A stretch of DNA of 64,000 nt from Nitrospirota bacterium (GCA_963710375.1 CAVPZX010000004.1:96001-160000); one strand, 5' to 3'. Positions 17,790-26,693 are shown, counted from the stretch's first letter. Made by a program: numbers and translations. The notes: generated from the letters alone by a model not told the origin.

Positions 17790-18140
17790 TTAAAATACTA
17801 TTTTTTCAGATGCATCTCTTATCGCCGCACTGGTCACTTCTGTCTTTCCCTTCTTATACCCGAAATCCTCAAGCATATAAGATTTCGGCGTGAATCCCGC
17901 ATTTTCGAGTATTTTCTTTGCACATAAAGACGCACAGCCGTCAATGGTGACAGTCGCCGCTGCCTTTACCGCGGCTATCTTTTCAGGTATGTTTGCTCCA
18001 ACGGCAGCCATACAATACATCTTACCCTTTCCATCTTTAGATAGTTTTCTTGCAACCTGGTCGGATAACGCCCCTACGTCCGCCGCACCCGAGCAAGAGA
18101 AAATTAGCACATTTTTGTCGCCACATGCGCACTCTGTCAT
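17790..18140 (-). CDS. DGC-domain putative zinc-binding protein
   Basis: CSGAADVG, C-x-A-x-VG, IDGCASLCA. Confidence 0.85.
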   Translation of the reverse strand: MTECACGDKNVLIFSCSGAADVGALSDQVARKLSKDGKGKMYCMAAVGANIPEKIAAVKAAATVTIDGCASLCAKKILENAGFTPKSYMLEDFGYKKGKTEVTSAAIRDASEKIVF

Positions 18141-18179
18141 ATCGTCCTCCTTAAGTTGAAACTTGAAGACCAGCGGTCT

Positions 18180-19127
18180 TCATAAAATCGCATTGAAAAG
18201 ATAACCAACCATAATGATTCCCGTAGCAACAATACCGAAAAAGGTACAGATAAGCCTCATCTTCAGCACTTTCTTTAAAATTACCGCTTCGGGGAAGGAG
18301 ATTGCGGTAACCGACATCATAAAGGCCAGCACCGTCCCTATTGCCATTCCTTTTCCAACAAGGGCCTGGACAACCGGAATCATGCCGGCTGCGTTACTGT
18401 ATAAAGGAATGCCGATCAGCACTGCCACCAGCACACCGAAAGGGTTATCACGTCCGGCATATTTGACAACAAAGTCGGTCGGTACGTATCCGTGGACAAT
18501 CCCTCCCAACGCGATGCCGGCGATAACATAAGGCCATATCCTTTTCAGAAGGTCGGCAGTATAGTCAAGAGCATAATTAATCTTGTAATGGAAACTGGTT
18601 TTCATAATCTCCATGTTCGCCACTTCTGTTTCCCACACATAATCCTGGACATACTTTTCCATCCTGAACCTGCCGATGACGATGCCGGAGGCAATTGCCA
18701 GCACAACCCCGCAACCTGTGTAGATCAGGGAGATCTTCCACCCGAAAAGCCCCCATAACATAATCAAAGCTATTTCATTGACCATAGGGGACGAAATAAG
18801 AAAGGAGAATGTGACCCCCAGTGGTACCCCTGCTTCCACGAAACCGATGAAAAGGGGGACTGCTGAGCAGGAACAAAAAGGGGTGACGATTCCGAGCAGT
18901 GCTGCCATTACATTACCGATGTATTCCTTTTTATGAGACAATATAAGCCTGGTTTTTTCAGGTGGAAAATATGCCCGGATTACTGCCACCGCAAAGATGA
19001 TGGTGCATAGCAGCAGGAATATCTTTATAGTATCGTAGATGAAGAAATTGAGGGCTTCTCCAGCATGGCTCTTTGGCTGCAGCTTCAACAACGAATAAGT
19101 AATGTAATCCGCAAATTCCTGGAGCAT
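18180..19127 (-). CDS. arsP: ArsP/DUF318 permease (organoarsenical efflux family)
   Basis: TPFCSCSAVP, SFLISSPMVNE, ISFPE; ars operon context. Confidence 0.85.
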   Translation of the reverse strand: MLQEFADYITYSLLKLQPKSHAGEALNFFIYDTIKIFLLLCTIIFAVAVIRAYFPPEKTRLILSHKKEYIGNVMAALLGIVTPFCSCSAVPLFIGFVEAGVPLGVTFSFLISSPMVNEIALIMLWGLFGWKISLIYTGCGVVLAIASGIVIGRFRMEKYVQDYVWETEVANMEIMKTSFHYKINYALDYTADLLKRIWPYVIAGIALGGIVHGYVPTDFVVKYAGRDNPFGVLVAVLIGIPLYSNAAGMIPVVQALVGKGMAIGTVLAFMMSVTAISFPEAVILKKVLKMRLICTFFGIVATGIIMVGYLFNAIL

Positions 19128-19143
19128 TTCACCATCTCTACAT

Positions 19144-19193
19144 ATCAACTTAATTTGATGTAATACTTTACCGCATGCTCATTTATTTGTCAA
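19144..19193 (-). promoter_or_regulatory. ars operon promoter and ArsR-type operator
   Basis: Minus strand TTGACA-17 bp-TAAAGT, then palindrome ATCAA-N6-TTGAT (19144-19159) at the presumed start site. Confidence 0.75.
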
Positions 19194-19320
19194 GCTTCTT
19201 AACAAACTGGCCCACTAACAATAAAATAGACTAAAAGTCCTTTACCAACACTCGATTGCAGATCTTGACAAATACAAATAATTGAATATAAACTTCCTCT
19301 TGCAGTTAACGGTTCATGAA

Positions 19321-19617
19321 CTAACAGCAGTTGCTCTTCTTGTCGCTGCCACTGCAGTCACAGGAAGGTTCGCCGCCGGTCATCATACTGTTTATAAGAG
19401 CGAAAGCACAGCCTACTCCTTTGTTTACAGACACTGCATTAAAGGCGCAATTGTTCACGCAGGCCCCGCATTCCATACAACTGTCGCGGTCCTGAATTAT
19501 GGCCTTCTTATTATCCAGGGTAAAGACTTCATGTGGACAAACCTCCACGCACATCCCGCACCCTGTACACTTTTCCGGAAAGATCTCGATGGTTGACGCG
19601 TTTAAGAGGTACTTCAT
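19321..19617 (-). CDS. hgcB: Mercury methylation ferredoxin HgcB
   Basis: Two CxxCxxCxxxC motifs incl. CMECGAC, GVGCA, C-terminal CC; ATGA overlap with hgcA. Confidence 0.95.
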   Translation of the reverse strand: MKYLLNASTIEIFPEKCTGCGMCVEVCPHEVFTLDNKKAIIQDRDSCMECGACVNNCAFNAVSVNKGVGCAFALINSMMTGGEPSCDCSGSDKKSNCC

Positions 19618-20741
19618 ATGACCCCCCACATGGTAAGTTTGTACATTATTAATAGAATCAATGAGACTCCGCAAGAAACAATATAGGTAGGGATAGCAAC
19701 TCGAAGTTCTTGTTTGACTCCCGACATCCCTGTAAACGTAGTTGATCCCGTGAACTGCAGGGCAATGAAAGAACTTGCCGCAGGGAAGAAAAGGTAAGTG
19801 ACCATAAGAAGAAAAGTGTTTTGTTGAATGAGCAATGGAACAAATTTTGACGACAGAAAAACAGAAAGCATCCCGATTATCCACCCCTTGACTGCAAAAG
19901 ACCTGAAGGGGACATAGGGCAGAATCACAGGAGTCAACAGCGCACCAGAAAAGACAGATACAAGGCCTAAAAGCAGAAAGGGCAAGCCCCCGGTGTATGC
20001 GTCTTTAAACATGATGCCTGATGGTGAAAGTCCAAAGACAACCAGGACAAGTGCTGCGTATAACGGGAATTTCTTCATTGCAGGATTGATCTCCATTGGA
20101 GTAAGGACCAATCTGTCGTAAACGGGGAAATTTACCCTCCGCATTTCCCTCGTCGCTTTATACCCCGCCTTGATATAAGCGGGTATATCTTTGGCGCGCA
20201 CCGGTCCGTAAAGGACCTTGAAACCAGAAGACTGTTTTACCTTAAAGGCGCTGACACCTGGCGCTCCAAGCTGGGGGACGATAATCCGCCTGTGGGCCAC
20301 CACCTTGTCCAACTGTGCCGCTGAAATGCGCTTTACCAATTCGGCGGTGCCAAACGTTCCCTTTCCAGCTGCACACCAGACATTAATACCTTTCGTGTCC
20401 AGAACAAGAATCCAGGCATCAAGTCCTTTAAGTGAGCATCTGAGCAAGTCAAAGCTGTATTTATAATTTGCACTGACAAGGACATCCGAGTCCCTGTCAG
20501 GGTCGCCGACAGCGTATAGACCGGCATTGACCGTATAATTGTTCCTGTATGAAGTTGTTCTGCATTTGAAATGTTCCCACTGATCGGTCCTCGAAAGAAC
20601 AGTTGATACCCGGTGAACTGACCCTATCGGCGTCGCAACATTGCCGCTGACCCAATCCGGAGTATTTTTCAGCGACACACTACAGCATGTCTGCCCCGGC
20701 ATCTGATTTTCCAATCTGGATCTGAATTTAAGTTCCTGCAT
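19614..20741 (-). CDS. hgcA: Mercury methylation corrinoid protein HgcA
   Basis: Cap helix GINVWCAAGKG, SANYK, PQLGAPGV, YGPVRA; C-terminal TM domain with FTGSTTFT. Confidence 0.97.
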   Translation of the reverse strand: MQELKFRSRLENQMPGQTCCSVSLKNTPDWVSGNVATPIGSVHRVSTVLSRTDQWEHFKCRTTSYRNNYTVNAGLYAVGDPDRDSDVLVSANYKYSFDLLRCSLKGLDAWILVLDTKGINVWCAAGKGTFGTAELVKRISAAQLDKVVAHRRIIVPQLGAPGVSAFKVKQSSGFKVLYGPVRAKDIPAYIKAGYKATREMRRVNFPVYDRLVLTPMEINPAMKKFPLYAALVLVVFGLSPSGIMFKDAYTGGLPFLLLGLVSVFSGALLTPVILPYVPFRSFAVKGWIIGMLSVFLSSKFVPLLIQQNTFLLMVTYLFFPAASSFIALQFTGSTTFTGMSGVKQELRVAIPTYIVSCGVSLILLIMYKLTMWGVI

Positions 20742-20753
20742 ATTCGAAAACTC

Positions 20754-21026
20754 TTACAGTATTTCCTTGAGTATAGGACCTAGCTGGCCTTTGACCATTT
20801 CGACCATGTCTTCAACCTTAATCAGGGTTATACAGCATACCTCTCCATTCTTCTCCCAACTGGTCACTGCCAGTTTGTCGCCGGCCTTGATCTTGGCCTT
20901 GTCCCGCAATTCCTTGGGCAGCACCATTTGTCCTCTTTCATCCACACTAATGATAGACTCGACCTTGCAGCTTGCATTTGTCCTGTTCGAGGATATGCCG
21001 CAGGTCACACTCTCTTGTTTTTTCAT
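20754..21026 (-). CDS. hgcC: AbrB/MazE/SpoVT-fold HgcAB-associated protein
   Basis: CKVESIISVDERGQMVLPKELR...GDKL...VCC; directly upstream of hgcA. Confidence 0.8.
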   Translation of the reverse strand: MKKQESVTCGISSNRTNASCKVESIISVDERGQMVLPKELRDKAKIKAGDKLAVTSWEKNGEVCCITLIKVEDMVEMVKGQLGPILKEIL

Positions 21027-21048
21027 GTTGCTCTCCACCTCAATTATC

Positions 21049-21299
21049 TTGCAATTCAGACGGTGTAATGAAGGATGTGTCTCTGAAGCGAATCGCGGAG
21101 TCCTGGTAACAGTTCTCGGCGAAGTGAGCGTCTAACAGGCGCAATGTCCGAGCCCGAAGAACCGGGGTCCCCAAAAAGTCGAAGACTTTGTGGGGTGGCG
21201 GAAGAGTTTTGCGACTGTAGCGAACAAGCCGTTAGAACTGTCAGGATGTAGCGCCTGAGCGCAAAAGACACATCCTTCATTACACCGTCTGAATTGCAA
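21049..21299. mobile_element. Palindromic mini-element family B, copy 1 (contains 40-bp hairpin insert 21161-21200)
   Basis: Perfect 34-bp inverted repeat 21049-21082/21266-21299; interior homologous (inverted) to 47035-47227. Confidence 0.8.
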
Positions 21300-21316
21300 T
21301 GATTTATACTCCATCA

Positions 21317-21357
21317 CTGAATATTCTGATTATACTGATATAAGTTATTAATGTCAA
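21317..21357 (-). promoter_or_regulatory. Consensus sigma70 promoter facing hgcCAB, overlapped by three 9-bp-period repeats
   Basis: Minus strand TTGACA-17 bp-TATAAT; plus-strand CTGA at 21317, 21326, 21335. Confidence 0.75.
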
Positions 21358-21428
21358 TACCGACTGCGGCGTGTTTTAGCCCACACATGTTGTTGCTTCT
21401 TTCCCCTGAACAGAATACAATGTGTTAT

Positions 21429-22034
21429 ATGAATATGTTAGATCCGTTTCTGCTGACAATCATTCCGCTCATGGTCGCCATAGACGCGCCAGGGGTGCTG
21501 CCTTTTTACCTGGTGATGACCGAAGGCATAGACCGGCGTGAGAAAAAGAGGATAGCGCGGGAATCTGTCTTCACGGCGCTGCTGATCACGCTGCTGTTTG
21601 TTCTCCTGGGAAGGGCGGTATTCAAAATACTCGGCATTTTGGTTGAGGATTTTATGATCGCCGGCGGGATATTATTGTTGGTTATTTCGATTTCAGACCT
21701 GCTGACTGCCGGAAACGGTAGAACGGCTGTGTCAACGACATCAGGCCCGGCGTCAGGTATAGTTCCGCTCGGGACACCGCTGCTGGCGGGTCCAGCCACC
21801 CTGACAACCTGCCTTTTACTCGTGGGGAATTATGGGTATTTTCCGGTTATTCTTTCGCTCATTATAAATCTCATTCTGGCCTGGTTATTATTTGACAAGG
21901 CCGACGTTATTATAAGAAAAATCGGGGTGAATGGAGCCCGAGGCATTACGCGGCTGGCCTCACTACTGCTTGCTGCTATAGCTGTGAGGATGATACGCCT
22001 GGGTATTTTACGGCTTATAAATAGCGGTCAATAA
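21429..22034 (+). CDS. MarC family membrane protein
   Basis: DAPGVLPFY, FMIAGGILL, IVPLGTPLLAGPA. Confidence 0.9.
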   Translation: MNMLDPFLLTIIPLMVAIDAPGVLPFYLVMTEGIDRREKKRIARESVFTALLITLLFVLLGRAVFKILGILVEDFMIAGGILLLVISISDLLTAGNGRTAVSTTSGPASGIVPLGTPLLAGPATLTTCLLLVGNYGYFPVILSLIINLILAWLLFDKADVIIRKIGVNGARGITRLASLLLAAIAVRMIRLGILRLINSGQ

Positions 22035-23271
22035 TTACGTTCACTCTTGTTCCTTTCCCATACTCGCTTTCGATCCTCATGCTCCAGCCGTGAGCGCCTA
22101 CCAGGTGCTTTACGATGGCGAGTCCGAGACCTGTACCCCCTAATTCTCTGGAACGTGCGCTGTCAACGCGGTAAAACCGCTCCCCAAGCCTGTTCAGGTA
22201 TCGCGAGGGGATACCGATACCCGTATCCTGCACGAAAAGGGCGACTCTCCCCCCGGTTTCATCAATGCCCACAGTTACGCCGCCTTTTTCGGTGAATTTG
22301 ATGCCGTTATCCACGAGATTGATTATAATTTGAATAAGCTTATCTTTGTCTGCGGCAATGGCCTGAGTACTTTGAAGTAGTTCTTTACTCAGAGAAAGCC
22401 CTTTTTTGTCCGCCTTATCTTTGAGCATCATGAAAACGGTATCTATCACCTGATCAAGGCTGACTTCCGTTTTGTTGATTTTGACATCGCCGAGTTCGAT
22501 TCCGGACAGCGCGAGCAAGTCATCAACAAGGCTGTTAAGACGCTCGCTGTGGTTTTTGATCATTATAAGAAACCTGACTGAATTGTCCTTATCATCAAGC
22601 GCGCCATCGAGCAATGTTTCGGCAAACCCCTTTATCGCGGTTATCGGCGTCTTGATTTCATGGGACACATTGGCGACAAAATCCTTTCTCACTTCTTCGA
22701 GTTGTCTCAACCTCGTAATGTCATGGAGTGTGAGGACAATACCCCTTACGGAGTCCTCACTGTAAATGGGCACCGCTGTTGCAATGAGAAACATTTCCCT
22801 GTTGCCACGCGTTACTGTGATTTCATCCGAGACAATCTCCCACGACTCTAAGGCCCTCCGCACAATTTCGATCAGCTGTGCATTGCGCACGACATCCATG
22901 ATCTGTTTGCCCTCGATATTCTCGGTAACCGAAAGAAGCTTTTTGAAGGTGCGGTTGGCCAGAATTACCGTATCGTGCGCGTCGGTTATAAGCACGCCGT
23001 CCGACATGCCCCTGAGTATGGCTTCCATCCTCTGCATCTCAGCTTCGGCAAAACCGAGCCGCATATTTGTTTTCTCAATAATGGCGACAATGTCCCTGGC
23101 CATCGAATCCAGTTTGCCGGATTTGTTTGTGAAAAGCCGCGCGTTCAGGTTGCCTGAGGAAAGCTCTTTGAGCAGGTTGGAAATTGCATTTACAGACAGG
23201 TGCAAGCGGATGACATAGATGACAAAAAACAATACGATGAGCGAGAGGATGACAATGACCCGAGTTTCCAT
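22015..23271 (-). CDS. phoR: PhoR-like sensor histidine kinase (PAS, HisKA, HATPase)
   Basis: RKDFVANVSHEIKTP, ERFYRVDSARSRELGGTGLGLAIVKH. Confidence 0.8.
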   Translation of the reverse strand: METRVIVILSLIVLFFVIYVIRLHLSVNAISNLLKELSSGNLNARLFTNKSGKLDSMARDIVAIIEKTNMRLGFAEAEMQRMEAILRGMSDGVLITDAHDTVILANRTFKKLLSVTENIEGKQIMDVVRNAQLIEIVRRALESWEIVSDEITVTRGNREMFLIATAVPIYSEDSVRGIVLTLHDITRLRQLEEVRKDFVANVSHEIKTPITAIKGFAETLLDGALDDKDNSVRFLIMIKNHSERLNSLVDDLLALSGIELGDVKINKTEVSLDQVIDTVFMMLKDKADKKGLSLSKELLQSTQAIAADKDKLIQIIINLVDNGIKFTEKGGVTVGIDETGGRVALFVQDTGIGIPSRYLNRLGERFYRVDSARSRELGGTGLGLAIVKHLVGAHGWSMRIESEYGKGTRVNVIIDRYL

Positions 23272-23982
23272 TTACCCTTCGAAAAAGTAGCCGATTCCCC
23301 TCATCGTCTTTATGTACCTGGGGTTGTTGGGGTCGTCCTCGATCTTTGTACGCAACCTCCGGATGTGGACATCGACTGTCCTTGGTTCGACAAAGACATC
23401 ATCGCCCCATACAGCATCAAGGAGGTGCTCTCTATTGTAGATCTTGTTGGGCCGCTCGCAGAGGTAAAGGAGCAGTTTGAATTCGGTAGCGCTCAGCTTA
23501 AGCTGTTTATTTCCCACGGTCACGAGGTATTTCTCTTTATCTATAGTTATGTCCCGCATCTTCAGAAGCTGTCCGGTTCTCTGCTCCTCATCGGCAGTCA
23601 CGGGCTTCTGGTGCTCTGCTCTCCTCAAAATTGCCTTGACCCTGGCAACGAGCTCTCTCGGGCTGAAAGGTTTAGTCATATAATCGTCAGCGCCTATTTC
23701 AAGCCCAAGCACCTTGTCCACCTCTTCTCCTTTTGCGGTAAGCATGACGATAGGAGTGGGAGCTATAGTGGGATCATTTCGTATTATCCTGCATAATTCA
23801 AGCCCCTGCACACCCGGCAGCATAAGATCCAGGACGATGAGTTCATAAGGTGCGGACCTGATCTTTTTCAGGGCAGTCTCGCCGTCGAAGGCCGCATCTA
23901 CGGCGAAGCCTTCTTTCTTCAAATTGTAAGAGACCAGTTCTACAATATCTTTTTCGTCATCAATAACAAGAATGGTTTTCAA
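23272..23982 (-). CDS. phoB: PhoB/PhoP-like OmpR-family response regulator
   Basis: DDE, DLMLP, KPFSPREL, RTVDVHIRRLR; paired with PhoR-like kinase. Confidence 0.78.
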   Translation of the reverse strand: MKTILVIDDEKDIVELVSYNLKKEGFAVDAAFDGETALKKIRSAPYELIVLDLMLPGVQGLELCRIIRNDPTIAPTPIVMLTAKGEEVDKVLGLEIGADDYMTKPFSPRELVARVKAILRRAEHQKPVTADEEQRTGQLLKMRDITIDKEKYLVTVGNKQLKLSATEFKLLLYLCERPNKIYNREHLLDAVWGDDVFVEPRTVDVHIRRLRTKIEDDPNNPRYIKTMRGIGYFFEG

Positions 23983-25058
23983 TGTCCCACTATCCTTTTC
24001 AATATTTTCAAATCAACACCCTTATGGATTACAACTTTTCCTATGTCTTTTGGCAGAATAAATTTCATTTCACCTGCCGTTGCCTTTTTGTCCATTGAAA
24101 TGAGCGAAATTAGTTTATCACCATTCATATCTTTTGGCAATTCAGAGGGCAGTCCATATGCGCTGACAACTGATTTTATTCTTTCGGCGCAAGCACTCTC
24201 TAACATACCCAGCTCCTCAGAAAGACGCGCCGCCAGGCACATGCCAATGGCGACAGCCTCTCCGTGCAGATATTTTGAATACCCTGTTTCGGTTTCCACT
24301 GCATGGCCGATGGTATGGCCGTAATTCAGGATAGCCCTGAGTCCTGACTCCCGTTCATCTATTGATACAACTTCAGCCTTTATCTGGCAGGAGCGTTTTA
24401 CAAGATAGCTTATGATGTCCGCGTCGAGATTGAGTATAGCCTGCCGTTTCTCTTCCAGGACACCGAACAGCCCCGCATCCCATATAACGCCATATTTTAT
24501 TATCTCTGCTATGCCGCACAATAATTCACTTCCCGGAAGTGAACGGAGAGTGCTGATATCGGTCCAAACAAGCCTGGGCTGATGGAATGTCCCGATCATG
24601 TTCTTCCCTGCAGCGTGATTCACACCGGTCTTGCCGCCCACAGAGCTATCGACCTGCGCGAGCAGCGTTGTTGGTATATGTATAAGATGTATACCGCGCA
24701 TATAGAGAGAGCCGGCGAAACCGGCCATATCGCCGATCACCCCTCCGCCCAGTGCAACAACGCAGGAATTCCGGTCGAGCCTGTTTTTAAGGAGGTCGGT
24801 CAGTATGTGGTAACTCCAGAAATAATCTTTATATTCCTCCCCGTCGGGAACAAGTGTGCTGAAGCAGTTGAACCCGGCATCGTTCAACGAGCGCATTACC
24901 TCTTCGCCGTAAAGTCCGAAAACGGTCGGGTTGCTGACAATCCCAATGGTGGGGCTGAACCCGAACCGGGCCGCTCTTTCACCTATGCCGGAAAGCGTGC
25001 CGCTGCCGATCTCAATATCATAGCTTCTTTCCCCAAGTCCTACAGTAACTTTTTCCAT
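23979..25058 (-). CDS. aroB: 3-dehydroquinate synthase
   Basis: DGEEYK, GGGVIGD, PTTLLAQVDSSVGGKTG, LNYGHT. Confidence 0.97.
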   Translation of the reverse strand: MEKVTVGLGERSYDIEIGSGTLSGIGERAARFGFSPTIGIVSNPTVFGLYGEEVMRSLNDAGFNCFSTLVPDGEEYKDYFWSYHILTDLLKNRLDRNSCVVALGGGVIGDMAGFAGSLYMRGIHLIHIPTTLLAQVDSSVGGKTGVNHAAGKNMIGTFHQPRLVWTDISTLRSLPGSELLCGIAEIIKYGVIWDAGLFGVLEEKRQAILNLDADIISYLVKRSCQIKAEVVSIDERESGLRAILNYGHTIGHAVETETGYSKYLHGEAVAIGMCLAARLSEELGMLESACAERIKSVVSAYGLPSELPKDMNGDKLISLISMDKKATAGEMKFILPKDIGKVVIHKGVDLKILKRIVGH

Positions 25059-25063
25059 TATCC

Positions 25064-25573
25064 CTACTGCCTACTCCCTGCCGTCTTTATTATCTCCTCC
25101 GCTACCTGAAGCGGGCTTATATTGTCCGTATTTATTATTATATCCGCTTTTTCGTAATAAGGTCTTCTGAATTCATACAGTTCCCTTATCTTCTGCAGAG
25201 GATCGGCGACCTGCAGGAGCGGCCTGTCCTTACTCGTGCTTGTCCTGCTGAGTATTGTCTCCGGGGTCGCCTCCAGGCAGACAATAACCCAGTTGCCCCT
25301 GAGTGCATCCATGTTCTCATCTCTCAATACCGCACCCCCGCCTGTTGACAGGACAGCTTTTTTCAGGACGGACAGCCTTTTTATCATTGCAGATTCCATG
25401 TCCCTGAATGCGGCCTCTCCGAGCCGGTTAAAAATGTCCGCTATCGTTGTATTTTGCTCTCTTTCTATTTCGGCATCCGAATCGATCAGAACAAAACCGA
25501 GCTTTTGTGACAATATTTTCCCCACCTCTGTTTTTCCGGTTCCCATAAAACCGGTCAAAACTATATTCTTCAC
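25064..25573 (-). CDS. aroK: Shikimate kinase
   Basis: GFMGTGKT P-loop, STGGG, RPLL. Confidence 0.95.
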   Translation of the reverse strand: MKNIVLTGFMGTGKTEVGKILSQKLGFVLIDSDAEIEREQNTTIADIFNRLGEAAFRDMESAMIKRLSVLKKAVLSTGGGAVLRDENMDALRGNWVIVCLEATPETILSRTSTSKDRPLLQVADPLQKIRELYEFRRPYYEKADIIINTDNISPLQVAEEIIKTAGSRQ

Positions 25574-25618
25574 ATGTCCTCCGGTCTCATTGAATTCTTT
25601 TATGGTAAAATATAGGCC

Positions 25619-26158
25619 ATGAAATATTTTTATTATACAGGAATTTTATTTATTATTTTTCTTGTTTTACCCGACTCTCCTTCCTCTGCTATAACCCCTG
25701 GCGCTCTCTTTCATGTGACTCGCATCCAGGACGGCAATACCATTTGCATTCGAGTGAAGAGCTTCGCAGGCATTCCCCTCAAGGTCGAGCGCGTCAGGCT
25801 GATAGGCAGTGATGCCCCGGAACTTGAGCAGGAGCCATGGGGAAGGCCGGCAAAAAGACAACTTAGAAAGCTTATCGGCGAAAGCTCCTGGGTTGTTAAT
25901 GTCGAGTTTGATTCACAGCAGCGGGACTCGGATGGAAGACTCCTGGCCTATATCTGGAATAAAAAGGGTGAATTGATCAATGAGAAACTCATTGAAGGAG
26001 GCTTTGCAGTGCTCAATACGTTGCCGCCGAACGTCAAGTATATTGACCGGCTTGCCGCGGCACAGAAAAAGGCACAGTCGGCAAGGGCCGGCATCTGGAA
26101 AAGCGGAGGACTTAAAGAGTCCCCCGAACAATGGAGAATTAATCACACTAAAAAGTAA
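25619..26158 (+). CDS. Thermonuclease (SNase-like) family exported protein
   Basis: DGNT, VRLIGSDAPE, RDSDGRLLAY, GIW. Confidence 0.88.
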   Translation: MKYFYYTGILFIIFLVLPDSPSSAITPGALFHVTRIQDGNTICIRVKSFAGIPLKVERVRLIGSDAPELEQEPWGRPAKRQLRKLIGESSWVVNVEFDSQQRDSDGRLLAYIWNKKGELINEKLIEGGFAVLNTLPPNVKYIDRLAAAQKKAQSARAGIWKSGGLKESPEQWRINHTKK

Positions 26159-26230
26159 AAAGAAGACTTGTAGGCAAAAAAAGTTTTTTCACTTTTCACC
26201 TTTCACTTATTACTTCTCACTTCTTACTTG
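26151..26230. repeat. Degenerate heptamer array between convergent genes
   Basis: TTTTCAC-like units repeated ~6 times with short AAAAGTA counterpart. Confidence 0.5.
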
Positions 26231-26232
26231 TT

Positions 26233-26640
26233 TTATACGATTCCCTTGCTGTTAAAATATGGACCGTATTTTTTGTCGGTGCCGAGTATATGCTTTGATA
26301 GCCAGTCTTTCAGGAATTGCATAAGTTCAATGGTAAGCACAGTCTTGCCTTCTTGGAACTGCTTTTGGAGATCCAAGGCCTGCTTCGTCAGCGCGTCATG
26401 CTCAAACTTGTGTTTAGTATATTCCGGGTAGGCGCTCTCTTTCATGAGCTTTTCTTCTGTAGCAAAATGGCTTGCCACGTATTGAACAAGCCCTGAAAGC
26501 ACATTGCCTGTGACGTCGCTGCCCTTGCCCTGTTTCATAGCGTCGTGCAGATCGTTCAAAATCCCCACCAGCTTCTTGTGCTGCTCATCGATTTGCGACA
26601 CGTTAACACTAAAGTTGTCACTCCATACCATCAACGCCAT
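26233..26640 (-). CDS. Bacteriohemerythrin
   Basis: IDEQH, HFATEE, HKFEH, WLSKHILGTD di-iron ligands. Confidence 0.95.
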   Translation of the reverse strand: MALMVWSDNFSVNVSQIDEQHKKLVGILNDLHDAMKQGKGSDVTGNVLSGLVQYVASHFATEEKLMKESAYPEYTKHKFEHDALTKQALDLQKQFQEGKTVLTIELMQFLKDWLSKHILGTDKKYGPYFNSKGIV

Positions 26641-26693
26641 ATTAACTACCTCCTTCTTTCAGTTCTTTATTTTAAACAGGATTTAAAATTTAG

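Noticed and set aside
19618..19884. 187-aa version of HgcB in the ORF track
   Set aside because: Extension overlaps hgcA; ATG at 19617 with GGGGG RBS gives the canonical 98-aa ferredoxin
21056..21317. Small ORFs in mini-elements (also 1688-1933, 40706-40897, 46991-47221, 7595-7816)
   Set aside because: Frames not conserved between element copies; by-products of repeats
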